From Trichoplax sp. H2 (Eukaryota), in assembly GCA_003344405.1 (NCBI GenBank), contig NOWV01000120.1, positions 62,001 to 126,000 on the forward strand: a stretch of 64,000 bases of DNA. The letters run 5' to 3'. A program made the position numbers and the translations under genes. Below the pieces are notes generated by a model. The model searched no databases, was not told the origin of the DNA, and saw only the letters and a program-made list of their open reading frames with translations. Positions 13,372 through 27,607 of the stretch are shown one piece after another (position 1 is the first letter of the stretch; every line of letters begins with the position of its first letter).

Positions 13372-16300
13372 AATGTCTAACTTCTATCGGTAATGTTGCA
13401 ATTGCTTGCTGTTTGATTTCGATCAATAATATTGTTATAAAAGTAACCTTAGTAATGGAGATCCCACAATAATAACGTATAACTTACTGAGAACTCTTTT
13501 TTCATCCCCGTAGATAACTTTCTACCTCTTCTAGATCTACTTTATTCGATTTTTTCCACGTCTTATCCTCGTTAACAAGTATAATATAAGATAGTTGATT
13601 TTCTGAGAAATGTGTCGTTTCAGTCTAAGAATGATGACAATGAAAAAGAAATCGGAATAGAAATTAATTTTCTCTTTTTCAACATAATTATTTCTAAACT
13701 TTTTAATAAATTTTCTTATAGTCGTCACAGACTTTAGGATTTTATTTTTTCAACCTCAATTTTAAAACTTTACTTTTAATTTAGCTCAATTGCCGAGAAT
13801 ATTATCGATATATGAATAGGCTCTGAAACGCCGCTCCTACAAATATAATATTACGTGATTACTTTTATCGTATTTTAAAGTACAGTTAATTTGTCACTAA
13901 CTACACCTATGTATCAAATTAAGCTGCAATGATTATAGATGATGAGAAAGATATAATTTCATTTTGCTGTTCTAAACTATGCCTCTTGATCGCGGTAGTG
14001 AAGCGAAAAAATTAATTTTGTCTGCTAGATATGATGGCAAATTTTTCGTATGCTTCATCAATAGAAAAGTTAAATTGTTCATACCTTTCTAGAAATTAGA
14101 ATGACTCTCTTTTTCTGTGATCGACATCCATAGGATAGTCACTGAACACTATTTAAGGAGAAAAAGAAAGGAAAATGTCAAAAATTTTAATGGCAATAAA
14201 TAGCAGAGTGTATACTAATGCTGAAGAAAAAGCATGGAGATGCAGCAACTATTTCTTGGCTTCTATAACCAAAAATAATGCCAACAGAAAATTTTGTATT
14301 ATTAATTACTGCTTTCAATATCCATTAGCTATTGACTGCTATATCGCGTTTCATAACAGCTATTTGTCTTTAACATTAATGCCATGTTTTTTTTTATTTC
14401 TCACTATTTATTATAGCATCAAAAAGTCTTCCATCGTCAAGGTAAATATCGATATCTATCTCACATATTTTTTTGTTTATAGAGAATGAAACTGAAGTTG
14501 TTAAGCTCTAGGGTATATTAATAAGAAGAACGGAAAAAAGGAGATGATTTAGTAGTCTGCGATATAAAATTCAAAAATCTTGAAAGACTATCGTCTAAAA
14601 ACTTTCAGTGCAACCAATCGCCATGACAGAACAAGACAAGGAAATAATTTAATCATCAACAAAATATGAAGTCTATCATGAAAGACTCCATTCATAATTT
14701 AACATCGATTAAAAAATTGATTTTTTTATTTGGTTAAAATAAGCAAGAAATACTAAACGTAAAAATTTTTAACTTTATACGTTTAATTTTCAATCTTAAA
14801 AAGTAGTTTCTACCTGATTTTCTTTGACGCTTTACCAAGATATTAATAGTGAATAGTTTAAGAAATTTTATTGCTAAGTAATTTTTCTTTCCTTCGATGC
14901 CTTCTTTTAAATTTAATTTTTTCTTGATACTGGTCCAATGATGATTATTTTTTTATTGAATGACTGGTTGAAAATTAATAATAATACTTTGATGAAATGG
15001 ATAGGAAAACAGACCTAGGCTCTCTTTCCCTCTCGCTAACTATGCGTATCGATTTTTTGCGGCAGTTGACTTATTCTTTCCCAACTTTTTCTTGTGATCA
15101 AATGATATGTACGCGGTAATTTGCTATATCAGGGCTTATGTTAAGTGTTGAAAAGATACGATGAAATAAAAAAATGGAGAAAATGGATGGTAATAATACA
15201 CTATAGCATAACAAACCCAACTAAATAAAACTTTAAACAAATTTAGCTGTTGAATATCGTCTCAGTCGTCGATTAAGATTTCTTTTTCCCGTTGCTATGG
15301 GCAACAATGATGAAATCATTGTTCAATTGTAGTTTGCTAAATAATAAGCTTGAACAAGATTGGCCAACAACAAATTGATAACGCATGCCCTCCAATAGGA
15401 CAGGATGCAATGACAATACATTTTGCAGATAGCATAATTTACCGTTTATAATGAGATGACGTAAATGATGAAGGTACACCTGCCTGGCAGACAGCAATAG
15501 CTTACACTACCGTGTCCTTACTTCATACTATCATCCTATTATTCTATTTATACTATATATTGCTCCATATCACGTATTACATTTCTATTCAGGTGTAAAA
15601 TCGCAAAATCTATTCTAATTGATACAACATTTCGATGATATATATATACATAGTATTCTATTATACCGTAGAAAGGGGTAGAAATGATAGAGCTTTGTTA
15701 ATTTTGAAAGATTAAATTTTTTATAAAATAGTCAATTCATCACCTACGGGGTAGAAAGAAATACCGCTCCAAATAATGAATACCGAAATTAAAAATTACT
15801 TATCAGTCTTCTCAATGATTTTATACTCTATCAAGAGCAATCTTTTACAAGCTCGATAGCTTGATGAATAGTGACTCATTTATAGATACCTGCCGCTTTC
15901 TGGCTTGTTTTCACAATCAATGCAATAAGTTGCTACGCGGGCGACCAAGCCTCGTTATAGATTCTATATTCAATATAGGGAGATCAGAGATAAAATGGTA
16001 CAATTATATACGCTATAGAAGCGCTTTTTTTTCAGTACTGTATTCATCGTCTTATCCTATTCTCTCGTGATCACAATGTGAATGGCCGATTGATGTTTTA
16101 CAAGCCATTATTAAATGGTAAAATTCGTGGGCGTAAGCAAAGTTGTTGTAGCAAGGTGTGATGTACTTGAAAACGATTTCTACATTTTAGAGTTATTAGT
16201 ATGTCCTTTGCACTATATAGTAGCATTGCGTCCTCGTGACAGGATTATATGTCAAGATGCTATCAAAATAATCTCATACCACGTACTTTTCTGTCTGAGT

Positions 16301-17554
16301 AACACATTCTGAATATAAAGAGCAGTTAGTCTAGTTTCCACTTCCACTGGTCAGCTCAAGTTATTGATAGTGATATTTCTATGCGATAAGTAAGCAACTT
16401 ATGAATCATGATAATGTGCAACTCCATCTTGCTTCATTTCGTTCACTTTGTCTTCTTTATGATATAATCTTATCACATACATCAACAGTAAATAATAATT
16501 GGCGTTTAAAAACGAAAATAAATTAATATCTATATTTTTACGAATATTTAATACCTTACTCTTCGTAGTAGCAATATTATGTTTACTCGTAGATTAAATG
16601 TATTTCGTACAGTTAGGAAAGTTATCAATAATAAATCGATTAATAGCTATGCAAATATTAGAATGTTAAAATCCAAGCTTAAAATTATATACCAATCGAT
16701 TGATAATAACAATAACTTCGCTGACAGTTCATGGAATACATGCTCATGTATACAAATCAATTGGACAAAATCTAATAGTTTACCTATAAGTGTTGTAGTT
16801 TTGAGATTATAGCTTTTGTAAGCTGAATGAGAGGCTCCTAATGTCGCTGTTTGATAATTTTACAGTCTTAAACTTTACATAAATATTACGCAACATATTC
16901 GATTTATGTGTTGATAATTCTATATCAATATATATAAATAAATATCTATGTATTTATAATTCGTATATGTCATAAAGCTTGTAATATACAGCAAATAAAA
17001 TATGGTTAATTACAATAGTTAATCAATATAATATTTCTTAAATTTAATTTTCAGTTATAAGAAGCAGTCAATTCATTTATAATGATAAAATTTTGAAAGA
17101 ATTCGATTATGGATTGTTATTATCGCTATGCATATCATCTAACTATCAACGTAACTATTAAATTATATTGATCGAATAAAGTATTTTTTATATTGCATTT
17201 GTATCTTAAGTATTTTGTAGTAAATTTAGACACTAATAAGGGCCTGTTACATTAATTTTAAAAGCTAAAACTTAGTAGCTTCAACGAACGCATATATTGT
17301 AAATAATCTGAAAATTTTTGTGATCTTAAGCCCTCTTTCGTTATTAGCTATTAGGAGAATAATAACTAGTGAATATTATTTCGGAATATATTTTTACTAT
17401 AGCAAGTTATTAATATACTTCCAATACTTGCTATAATAATATCTCCATATAAGACGTAATGAACGAAATTTTGTCTATTGTATAATCTATAGTAATTATA
17501 ATAGTTATTACGATATCTATTAATATTGAACTAAATATTTACATAGGATTAGAG

Positions 17555-20500
17555 TTAATTATGGACTTTCGCCTTATCGCCCAAGCTTTTTCCAACATAT
17601 TGTTTTACCAGTAACTTTATTTTCTCCTTCTTAAAGCGTTTAGGATCATGTTTAACTGAATTATAAACCTGTAAGACAACAATATTTATTTTAATCCTAA
17701 ATTTAGATGATAAATATCTTATATTTCAGTATATTAGTATATGCAATAAAGTAAGTCCTACCTTATCGATAGTTTTTTTAACGATGACTTTGTATTCGTT
17801 TTTATCAATATCTCCATGACGAAAGTACTGCTTAGCATACGATCTTACGGTTTCTTTAACTTTATTAAATAGCTGCATGATAATATAACAATAATACAGA
17901 ACGTGCTGCATCAAATATGTATCAAAAGTTATCGTAAATTGATAAATAGATTTTAATTATAAAGATACCATATTAAATAATAAGGCGGTTGTAAATATAT
18001 CATAATAATTGTGATAAATCAGCGTATGAAATTGAAACTTTTATTTTTACCTCAGATCGCATCGACTCTCTAAATTTTGGCTTAGAATTAGCTTCCACTG
18101 CACTGGATAGAGAAATACTAGATGTTGATTGCTTACAATTATCCACCTGATCTTCCGATTGCGAGGAATTTGGTGAATATGTACTACAGTCGATCGCAGA
18201 AGTACTTGATACAACTTCATTGGATGACTTCCTCGCAGTAACTTGATTGTTAGGGGTAGCTAATATATTTGTAAGATCGCAAAATACAGTAAATAAAAAT
18301 TTCAGCAAACCCAATTCGTAATTCAAGCCTAGGCTCGTAAGTAACAATTATGGTCAATATGATACATTACCATTAGACTTTTGCATGACAATACTTCCAT
18401 CAGGTAGGACAGAAGCATTTTTAATATTTCTTAAATTCTCAATTTCTTGGGTTATTTTAGATACATAATCGACTATCGGTGATACAGTTTTGATTTGATT
18501 ATAATTATTATCATTTCTAAATACAGTTAGAAATAGTGAAAATTAGGATTATTACGATACAGTCAACATGATATCACAAAAGTTCAGATATTTATCTATA
18601 GTGTTTTACTTCAGTATTTATAGTATGAACAAGTTATCTATAAAAAGCAAATACCTATTAAAAGCCTCTTGATGTTGACTGGAATGATAAGTTACAACCA
18701 TTTCCATATATTTCGTAGAGCCTTTTCCGTGACCACGGGTATCATTATTTCCTAAAATTCATAACTTGCGAATGTAAAGCAAAAAACTATGCATTGCTAA
18801 TAAAACATAACTATCTAGTCGTACCTCGATGATTTATATCTTCATCTTCGTTCGGGTAAAACGGTAAAAGACCATTGTCACTCGTTATGCCTAAAACAGA
18901 CGGTCCAGCGACAAAACTTTTACTGTGCATATTACTGGTCATAATCGACTTTGGCGTTGATTTGCTCGGAAGAAGGTTCTTAGCCTCTAGATTACTTCGA
19001 ACTCTGTCTAGTAGGAATTGCAAGTGTCTGCTTGCAACTGTTCGAGCTGATTGACGTCGGTTATTTTGTCTTCTACTTATAGATACTTTTGATCGCGTGC
19101 GCCTTCTCTTTCTACCCTTTTTGCTTCTAGGTTTTGATCTCTTAGTACTAGTTTTAGCACTAGTTTTCTAAGATCCAATTAATTGATTTGAGCTAATATT
19201 CTCACTTAAAAGGTAATAATCTTAGCAAGGTGCTACTCACACGTCGTTTCCGATACGTTTTCTCCCTTCTCCTGCGTCCAGTATAGGTATCTGAGTATGA
19301 TTGTGTTACTTCCAACTCGTTCTCATCATTGTTGGTATTAGACTGATTTCTACTATCTGAAATAATACTTGGCGCATTCGTTACCTCTACTCGATTAGCA
19401 TTGATTAAAGAACCTATATTTTCAGTAATTGAGCAATTAGGGCAAAACCAATCGTCGATAGGAATATGTTCCAATGGTGGAGTTAGACATTCACAATGGT
19501 ATCTAAAGTAAAAGCAAACGATTTATTAAGTTATCAGATATTATCTTTTACGGCATTTTTCATTCTCCTAAATGTCAATTTGGATTTGTATTCGAAAAAT
19601 TTCATTAAAGACTAGTCGATCCCTCACTCGTTATACTTCATGCACCATACAGGACCTTATACTTTACATTATCATGATCTTAGACTGTCGCGATATAAGC
19701 TACAGCCGTGTCCTTTAAATACACTAATATACGTATAGTATGCGATTAAGCATGCATCTACTTTAGTCCAACCTATACAGTCTGTATTGCTTTGATAGAG
19801 TTTCTCTACTTACCCTTTATTACATCCATCACACAATAACAAGCGATCCTCGCGATTGCATTCGCTGCATACCTTTAAATGGTAAGGATGAATTTGGATC
19901 GTAAATAGTAGTAGTTTACAATCGAGCTAAGTTAATAAAAACTGGTAATTGTTTACATTAATACACACTTCGTTTCTATTTGTAAATATGTGATTGTTTA
20001 CTAGAACTAGCATCACAATCTAGCATAGAAGGACAATATATTGTAGCTAATGAATTCAGTGTCAGCAAGTACAGTACAGTACATATAGGCAACCATGATT
20101 ATGGCTACTGGTACATGTATTCATGTAGTATTGTATCATTATGATGCACTCCTTACTTCACAGTAGGTTAGGTCGAGATCACTTTCGTCCGTATCTTCAT
20201 TCATTTTTTCAATGACTATCTACAAAATAATTCGGTAAAGTGTATTTCATAATATAGTTTCATCTTTTTAGTATATTGACGAGATTGACTTTGCTCGTGC
20301 TTACTTCATCTACTTTATCTCCATGAATGAAACGAAAAACGCGTAGTGTTTGAAAGGTGACACGATCAATAGGGCAAGTGTTAGCCAGCTGTAAATTGAA
20401 ATAGATTTAGGTCATCCACTTGATTTTTTCGTTTATTTCGTCATTATATTCTCGATTTAGTTATGCATTAACTTGCAGTTAGCTATGTTATTGTGTACTA

Positions 20501-21750
20501 GTTATTATATCCCATATAAATATACATCGATTTGATGAAAAAATTTGAGGACCTTATTAGGTAAGCAGACACTATTATAGGCGCTTTGAAGATGATCGTT
20601 GTAGCAAATAGTAGCTTTCACTTTTATCCTAATGTTCAAAATTGGATCGTTCTATGTTTTAACTTTTTCAATATTGTAATTATGTGCTCTTTGAGGACAG
20701 TTAGACATGCAGATGTTTATCCACAGGATAATTAGAGGTCTCAAGTTAAGCAAATTGTACTGTATTTGACGCACACGAGTGCTGCAAGAGTACAGATCAC
20801 TGTATATTATCTATTTTAGTCAATCTATTGCAAGATTTTACAATGTCAATTCTAAATCAATCTACTTCAAGTTCATATGTATCAGAACGTGGAGAAATAG
20901 CATACAGTATTCCATTGATAGGCATGTTGTTATTGATTAGAATCAAAGCTACGTTGTATTGTACATTTGATAGGAATATTGATAAGTGAGTTATGATAAT
21001 TTTACCTTTGACCATTCATTGATACAAGGCAAGCAGAAGATATGCTGACAGGAATTTGGTATGGCAATAATTTGATCAGTAAAGTGAGATAAGCATATTG
21101 CACAGCTTTCTTCCACTGTTTCCCCTATATTGTTAACACGAATAACAGCAATTCAGAGCTGAGTAAAATCGACAGTTGATCGCAATCTCAACTTCTGTTG
21201 TGCGATAATCCGGGTATAGAATTGATGAAGTACTGTATTTCACAACTGATGACATTGGAAAATTGAGCAATGCAATAGTATACGCGCACAGTATGGATAA
21301 GATTGAAGATGTGATTAGCGAAGAACCCTGTAGAGCAATTGCTATGAATTGGTACATTTGTTGACAATCATGGCAGCGATGATGGAAACAGCGAAGTGGC
21401 ATCCTAGTTTGCTTTATTTTGCTGTCTGTAACATAATGATGAGGCTACTAGAATTGAATGCCGTCAGCTGATTACATTAGTTTCAATGGAGAAGAACAGA
21501 CCCATACTGTCATAATCGATCGTGCATAACTCTGCTGCAGTCATGAATTCTTGCTAGTCTTCCTACAGTGTCGTCCCATTCATTCATAACATTGACTACA
21601 TTTGAATACTGTGCACGCCTTTTATTCCCTTCATTAAAAACCCTTCTACGCTGTAGATACCGTACCGTTGTCATCATCGTCTTGTATCCAGGAATCGTCA
21701 TCACTGGAGGTAGAATCTGACAAAATATCATTGATTAATGCCGTTGCCAT
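17555..21750 (-). CDS. PHRF1: PHRF1/SCAF11-family RING-PHD-SRI protein, ~12 exons, ~563 aa
   Basis: Exons 21666-21750, 21006-21124, 20305-20388, 20157-20219, 19814-19872, 19241-19502, 18825-19167, 18655-18751, 18371-18516, 18051-18259, 17762-17872, 17555-17668; phase-consistent. RING CAICLSHF...SCQHIFCLPCINEWSKLANTCPIDR; PHD CEVCSECNREDRLLLCDGCNKGYHCECLTPPLEHIPIDDWFCPNC; basic RS/K-rich middle; C-terminal SRI-like GDIDKNEYKVIVKKTIDKV...KIKLLVKQYV. Confidence 0.85.
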
Positions 21751-21844
21751 GATTGATTATACTACTCCCAATTTTCAATGACGATATTATCATTTGGAGA
21801 AAATGGCGAAGACCAAGATTGCTACGAGTAGACGTCACACCATG

Positions 21845-22700
21845 TACTACATGTCGTGTATACTGCGCAATCGTACGGTACTGCAGCCAGTCCAGTTGAC
21901 TGTCCTGTCCGTACTGTACAGTGTACACTGTACAGTATGACTATCACTCCGTACAATGTACTGTACCAACTTGTACCAACTGTACTGTACAATGTACTGT
22001 ACCAACTCTACCGTACTATACACTGTACACTGTACAGCATTCAAAGTTTTTCTACCGTATACTGTAGTACTGTACTGTACTGTACTGTACGGTACAGTAC
22101 TGTACTGTATAAATACGGAATAAATACTGTACAGTGTACAGTATGGACACTATACATGTACTGTACAGTACTGTACAGGACAGTACAGTAGAACGCTTTT
22201 AGAATCAAAGGAGTGGATCATTTTCTACGAGAATCTGGAATTTGTAGTTGGCATATTTAAAGTTTTTACACACGACCGCATAGGAAGGTTCACAACCATT
22301 GGTCTTTCTTGAGCATTTTACTAATAGTTTGAACTATTCAAACATATCCAAGAAAACGGATGACATTGTACAGTACTGTCACCACTGGAAGTGTGAAGCA
22401 GTCTACAGTACTCAGTACTGTACTGTACTGTACGTACAGTATCTTGGAATTTGTAGTGTACAGTACAGGGTGTAGAAATTCGATCTAGATTAAAAAAAAA
22501 CAGATAATATGATCAAAACTTTAAGCAGATATACAGTTTTATGGGTTTTATTCGAAAATAAATCATAAAACTATTCACTGATTTATCTAGAAAGAAATTC
22601 TACACCTTGTACTGTACAGTATTTCAAGTTTGGACACAAGACCGTACAGTACGGTACTACAGTACGACACGCCGTACTGTACAGTACTGTATGACTGGAA
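21845..22700. repeat. CAGTA/TACTG island 3, between the divergent PHRF1-like and orphan genes
   Basis: Long runs such as '(tactg)n' at 22068-22090 and 22416-22432. Confidence 0.9.
22466..22609. mobile_element. MITE-like hairpin element, 144 bp, with CAGGGTG-type terminus and TA on both sides (Tc1/mariner-like)
   Basis: Left 'ta|cagggtgtagaaattcgatctagat'; right 'atctagaaagaaattctacaccttg|ta' (reverse complement caaggtgtagaatttctttctagat; 4 mismatches in 25). Inner inverted pair agttttatg/cataaaact. No ORF. Confidence 0.6.
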
Positions 22701-23052
22701 CGGTGGAACCTCACTAGCTCCGGACTAGACCTGAGAAAGGTTCGGTTCAAACCGTTAGGCTCTATGCCTCCGACTGACTGTCAACACTTGCAAGCTTGCC
22801 AGTGGAAACGTTTGACTGACGTTTTGGCCAAGAATGCAGCAGGTCGGCATGATTATGGATGCAGCGCAAACAAGTTTGGACACAAGACCGTGCAGTACGA
22901 TACTACGACATGCCGTACTGTACTGTATGACTGGAACCTCACTAGCTCTGGCTGACTGTCACACTTGCAAGCTTGCCAGTGGAAACGTTTGACTAACGTC
23001 TTGGCCAAGAATGCAGGAGGTCGGCATGATCATGGATGCAGCGCAACAAGTT
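22625..23052 (+). repeat. Tandem duplication of a ~180-250-bp unit (22625-22870 and 22871-23046)
   Basis: Both units begin 'caagtttggacacaagaccgt' and share 'cacttgcaagcttgccagtggaaacgtttgact...ttggccaagaatgcag...ggtcggcatgat.atggatgcagcgcaa'. Unit 1 has about 70 extra bp. Confidence 0.9.
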
Positions 23053-24762
23053 CACGACATGTTGAGATGGGCAAGCATGTTTTACTTCTTATCCAGACTT
23101 GGCCGTAAGTATACAGTATAGAGTATGCATGAATAAAGAAGATAGAATGAAACGTTACAGCCAACAGACGGTTCAGTCATCACTGATAGTCTTGGGCAAA
23201 TGGTCGTTTGTAGCACGTGGAAAAGAAAATTGAACCCGTAAAATAGTAGCTCACTACCGTAGGTGGACCCCAACTCCATAGCGATACTGTGCATCATTAC
23301 AAGTGTCTCTCTACCTTTGGCAATACCTCAAAGGAAACTAAATTGAAAAACGTAAATTGAGCTCTCTCTCTCAACCTAGCTACTACTGCTTCAATCATAG
23401 ACGATAAAATGATTTATCATTACATTATTCCGCAGTATCACATCATCTGAGTTTGGCGTGTTTCAGTGGAAGAAGGCCTGTCCGTCGCTTTCGTCATTAA
23501 CATGAATGTTAACTCATAGGCACACTTAACCTACAACATTTTATAATTTTACTACCATTAAAATCTGTGAAAAGGATTTTCTTAGCTTATAAAGCGATTG
23601 TACGTACTGTAGATCGACGCTTAAGCCTTGAAGTCGCGCAGCCGCTATCTTAATATTATTACCACAGGTGTGTACGCTACTGTACTGTATAGAAGAGAAA
23701 AATGAGGGTTTCCATAGTATCTGCAGCACTGATCAATACGAGATCGAGCTGGGAAAAAGTGAAGTTCAAGTCTCACTTTTTTTTCCATTTTGATCGCATG
23801 TAGATGCAATTTACCAACATTGGCGTTGAATAGTGGTGTAAAATTCCCATATTTTCCAGATTGCAGCCAATAAAATTGCCAATGGAAATACCTTTTCTTC
23901 ACAGCCTGACACGCTTAGATTGCTCATACGATGGTTGTGGCCGGTTGGTCCACGATTAGTTGTCTTTGGACGTAGTAGAAGTTATTCGCACCATTTTCAA
24001 ATCAACCAAAACATCAGAAGTATTTAGAATACCATCAATTGTAAAAAGCAGAGAGGTGTCAAGTTAAACATAGCAACAGTCTGGAATGTAGGATGATACG
24101 TATAGCTACAGTAGTTTGAGAGCTGTCATAACATGTTTTGCCTTTATACGGGTATGTCATCACGATCGCAGCTACTGACTGTACCTTATGAAATATTCAC
24201 ATCCAGTTATGGGATTACTAAATACTATAGTATCTGTGCTACAGTGTGAAGAATGGAATTTGCTAAGTGTCTCCCTCTATATTTGTATTTCCTGCTGTTA
24301 AATTTACAATAAAAAAAAACATATACGCGTAAATCTAGCAGAAGTCTTGATGAACTACGTGGATACTCTACTTAGTAAAATTCTACTCTACATTGTGCAA
24401 TGCTGTAGACCAGTACAGTACAGCACTGTAATTTTAGAATTGTAGATTTGCACAGTCGAAAGTCTAGAAGCTTGTTTTGATGTTTTAATTTCTGCTAAAT
24501 GGGACCGTGACAAAGCTCATACGCATAATTTTCGACTTAGCCTTGACTGAACTCGCTACCATACGCGTATTGAAACTACTTAAATCAAAGGCCTATTTGC
24601 TACTTTTTAATTAATATACACGCATTGCACTGATTTCTAGAAGTACTGAAGATCTGTGCACTTGTGGGGATATTTTGGTTTTATAAAAGATTTCCTTCGT
24701 TGGACGTCGGCTAAGGCAGAAATTTACTTTTATCAGACGTAAGAAATCAATTACTTGCCAAT

Positions 24763-26828
24763 ATGGAGAGGAATGACACCAATCAAAACTACCACTCTTA
24801 CAATTATTCTGGTGGATATAGCAACGTTCGTCGGGTATATCAGAAAATACGCTTAGAATAAAATTGTAACGTTAAATATATTAATATTATTAACGTAAAG
24901 AATTTGAAATTTGTTAAGTGATTGGATTTATACTCTATTTATCAGTCAGTTTGTCTCGTAACTAGATAGAATTTCGTAAGTCGTTAGCTTAACTTAAGTA
25001 CTCATATTTTTATGCGTCAACGCTATTAGTGTAGACTTCCGCCTTAAATAAATTCGCTAAAATTATAATAATCGTAATATTGCGTAAGGGTCGTTTTTGT
25101 ATAGATTTGTAGTAATTGTACTCTCTTTAAAGGTAACCTCTCTAAGTGATTAACTTAATGAACGACAATACGCTGAAGGACAAACATTTTCTAAAGGTGT
25201 TATATTTTATTTAATATGATTTCAATCGCTAATGAAGAGAAATAGCTATGCTGATAGTTTGCTAAAGAACCGGGCGGTGACTCAAGATCTGAGAGGTAAG
25301 AAATCTAGGCTGTAGTATTGATTGCAGTATCTCTTAGGAATAAAACTGAAGTGATGATGTAATTTGCGTCAGAGGAGAGATTTGGTTACAGTTGCCTGCT
25401 GTAATTATGCCATTCTCCTACTGTGACGACACTTATTTCGTCTGATCACGTTGTAGCGATTCAGTGTTGCAAATAATGAATTAGGTATTAACGAATATTA
25501 CGGCAGAAAGTGCTTTAGATCATGATAATACTGACTCTGTGTTACAAATTCAGTTGACAATGTAACTTTATCAGTAATTCTGATCCAAAAGGGATCTACC
25601 GTTGAGGAAACTGGCAAGCTGTAATATTGTTAACCATAGAACGGAGAGATCAAAGAATAAACTCTTTGAATTTACTGTAGATATTTGGTTAATTCTGCGA
25701 TATTTAAACTTCAACCAGTGGATGCGCTATTAATAACTAAAATGATTTTTGGAATATTTATGCAGGTAGAAGAGAACACTACAATTTTAGGCCTGTATTG
25801 AAGCGGTATTCACCTTCCAGTAATTATGGCATGAGGACCGGAAAACAATACTGGAATGCATTTCGAGAGCAGGAAGGTAGTTAAAACAAATCGAAGTTGT
25901 GTGAGAGTTGTTTGTTTTAGTGATAAATCTATAAATTTCAGCTTTCTATCCTTGCAAGATAATTTGATAATCTGATTTTAAGTAAGCTTAATAAAGTGGC
26001 ATCTATTAAAGGGTTAAACAACATAAAAAGCAATACCGTATTATACGCGTATAAATAGGGTTTCTAGATGGGTACTTGGATCTTTCTATACTTGTAGGAT
26101 ATGTAAATTGTTTGCATTTATTAAATTTCAGGCTGTTTTTCGTATAATTACAACTCGAGACGAAATAGAGATCCGAAAGGACAGTCCCAAAAGGTTCATA
26201 AACAAATAGGTTCTTTCCATTTCAGAATGTGTTGATGTTGTTATGTCTAGCGACTGGATAAATAGTGATTTGAGAATGAAAATCTCGTATTGCAGTGAGA
26301 ATTTAAGCTAAATTCTTTATAAATTTTTGCAATTTAGAAGCATGGGATGCTCGAGTCGGGTGATTGCAATACTGTAAGAGAGCAAAACGTTCATCCAAAC
26401 TGTGAAAAAAGTAATACTAACGCAAAGAACGACATAGAAACGTATCAAGCAACAGACGTAACACTTATTAAGAAGACAGCTACTTGTGAAGATAGCACCG
26501 GCATTTCAGAATTGAACGTCAGTACTTCGGAAGCATCGTGCGATAACGCTGAGCCAGAAATTAGGTTAGAGTGACAACATCTGAGCGATTGTGACTATCT
26601 CTTGTATTTGTTGTAGGGTAATGGTTGACAGCCATTAATTCGAAGTTGTTCGTACTTTTTTTTATTATTAGTCAGACTAGTTTGGCGTGTGAAGATGACT
26701 ATTTAAATATTCCTCTGCGCGATCTCTTGGGAGATGTAAATACTGACAACTGGGAATTGATGACTGAGGAAGAAATAAAGCAGTTAGAAGGAGAATATTT
26801 GGGGGAATCTGAAGATTCTGAGAGCTAA
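24763..26828 (+). CDS. Uncharacterised 228-aa protein, 6 exons; Tyr/Asn/Arg/Ser-rich N-terminus and acidic C-terminus
   Basis: Exons 24763-24834, 25238-25295, 25766-25876, 26132-26193, 26338-26564, 26672-26828; all GT-AG, phases 0,1,1,0,2, total 687 nt. No family recognised. Confidence 0.7.
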
Positions 26829-27607
26829 ATTTATTATAACTTGAATTTTTGCTGTCAGTTTTGGAAGCTATTATAACAATTGCGAGCATGAATCACATCC
26901 AGAAGTGTTGAGTGATTGCTAAAAACGTATTGATATAGAAATCTGCTTTAGCTTTTTAATCGGAATTCTTTTTTAAGTAGCGATTATGCGATGTGAAGTA
27001 CTTTGATATGTAATATGTTGGATATTGCTTGATATGCAATACGTCGATATACATAAATGCTGTACTGCTAAATTTTTACGTATAAATGATTACATTGAAG
27101 GAATATTTTATTTTATGTGCAATACCTGTTTGTTGCTGCGGTAATATCTTATAAAAAGATCGAATTTAATTTAATACAATGAATTATTATACATAATATC
27201 TGGAGTGGAACGTTGTCAACAACTACAGTACTGAAAAATACATAAATGAGTACACAGAGTTGTCATAACTAGCACAGTACGATTAATACATTGTTCACCG
27301 TTCCTCATATATTACACAAAAGAATGACTTTTGATCATTGATTCGATTGCAATGGAATTTTAAAAGCTTTTTCCAATAGTAATTTGCAAGTCAATAAGTG
27401 TTCATGTACAATCAAGCGACACTAGCATCCACCATTGGTGATCTTAAATTCATTGCGATGTATGGCAATCCTATTTTTGAAATTAGACTGGATAGTAGGC
27501 GTCTATCAGTAATAAAGCTAAATTATTATAGTAGGACATAATTTTAATCAATGAGTGTACTATACATATACATAACTAACATTTCTTATGTAATACAAGG
27601 AAGTATT

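Noticed and set aside
13537-17500. Several 60-104-aa ORFs upstream of Kv3
   Set aside because: Low-complexity I/F/L/K/N-rich translations of AT-rich intergenic DNA with no consistent exon chain.
21133-21425. Cys/His-rich ORF (MPLRCFHHRCHDCQQ...) in PHRF1-like intron 1 as an extra exon
   Set aside because: Exon 1 splices in phase directly to the RING exon, and I found no convincing in-phase donor. It cannot be excluded without RNA data.
22713-22762. tRNA/SINE-like A-box and B-box words (tagctccgg...ggttcaaacc) in the longer tandem unit
   Set aside because: No cloverleaf can be folded, the T-stem pairs poorly and there is no anticodon arm.
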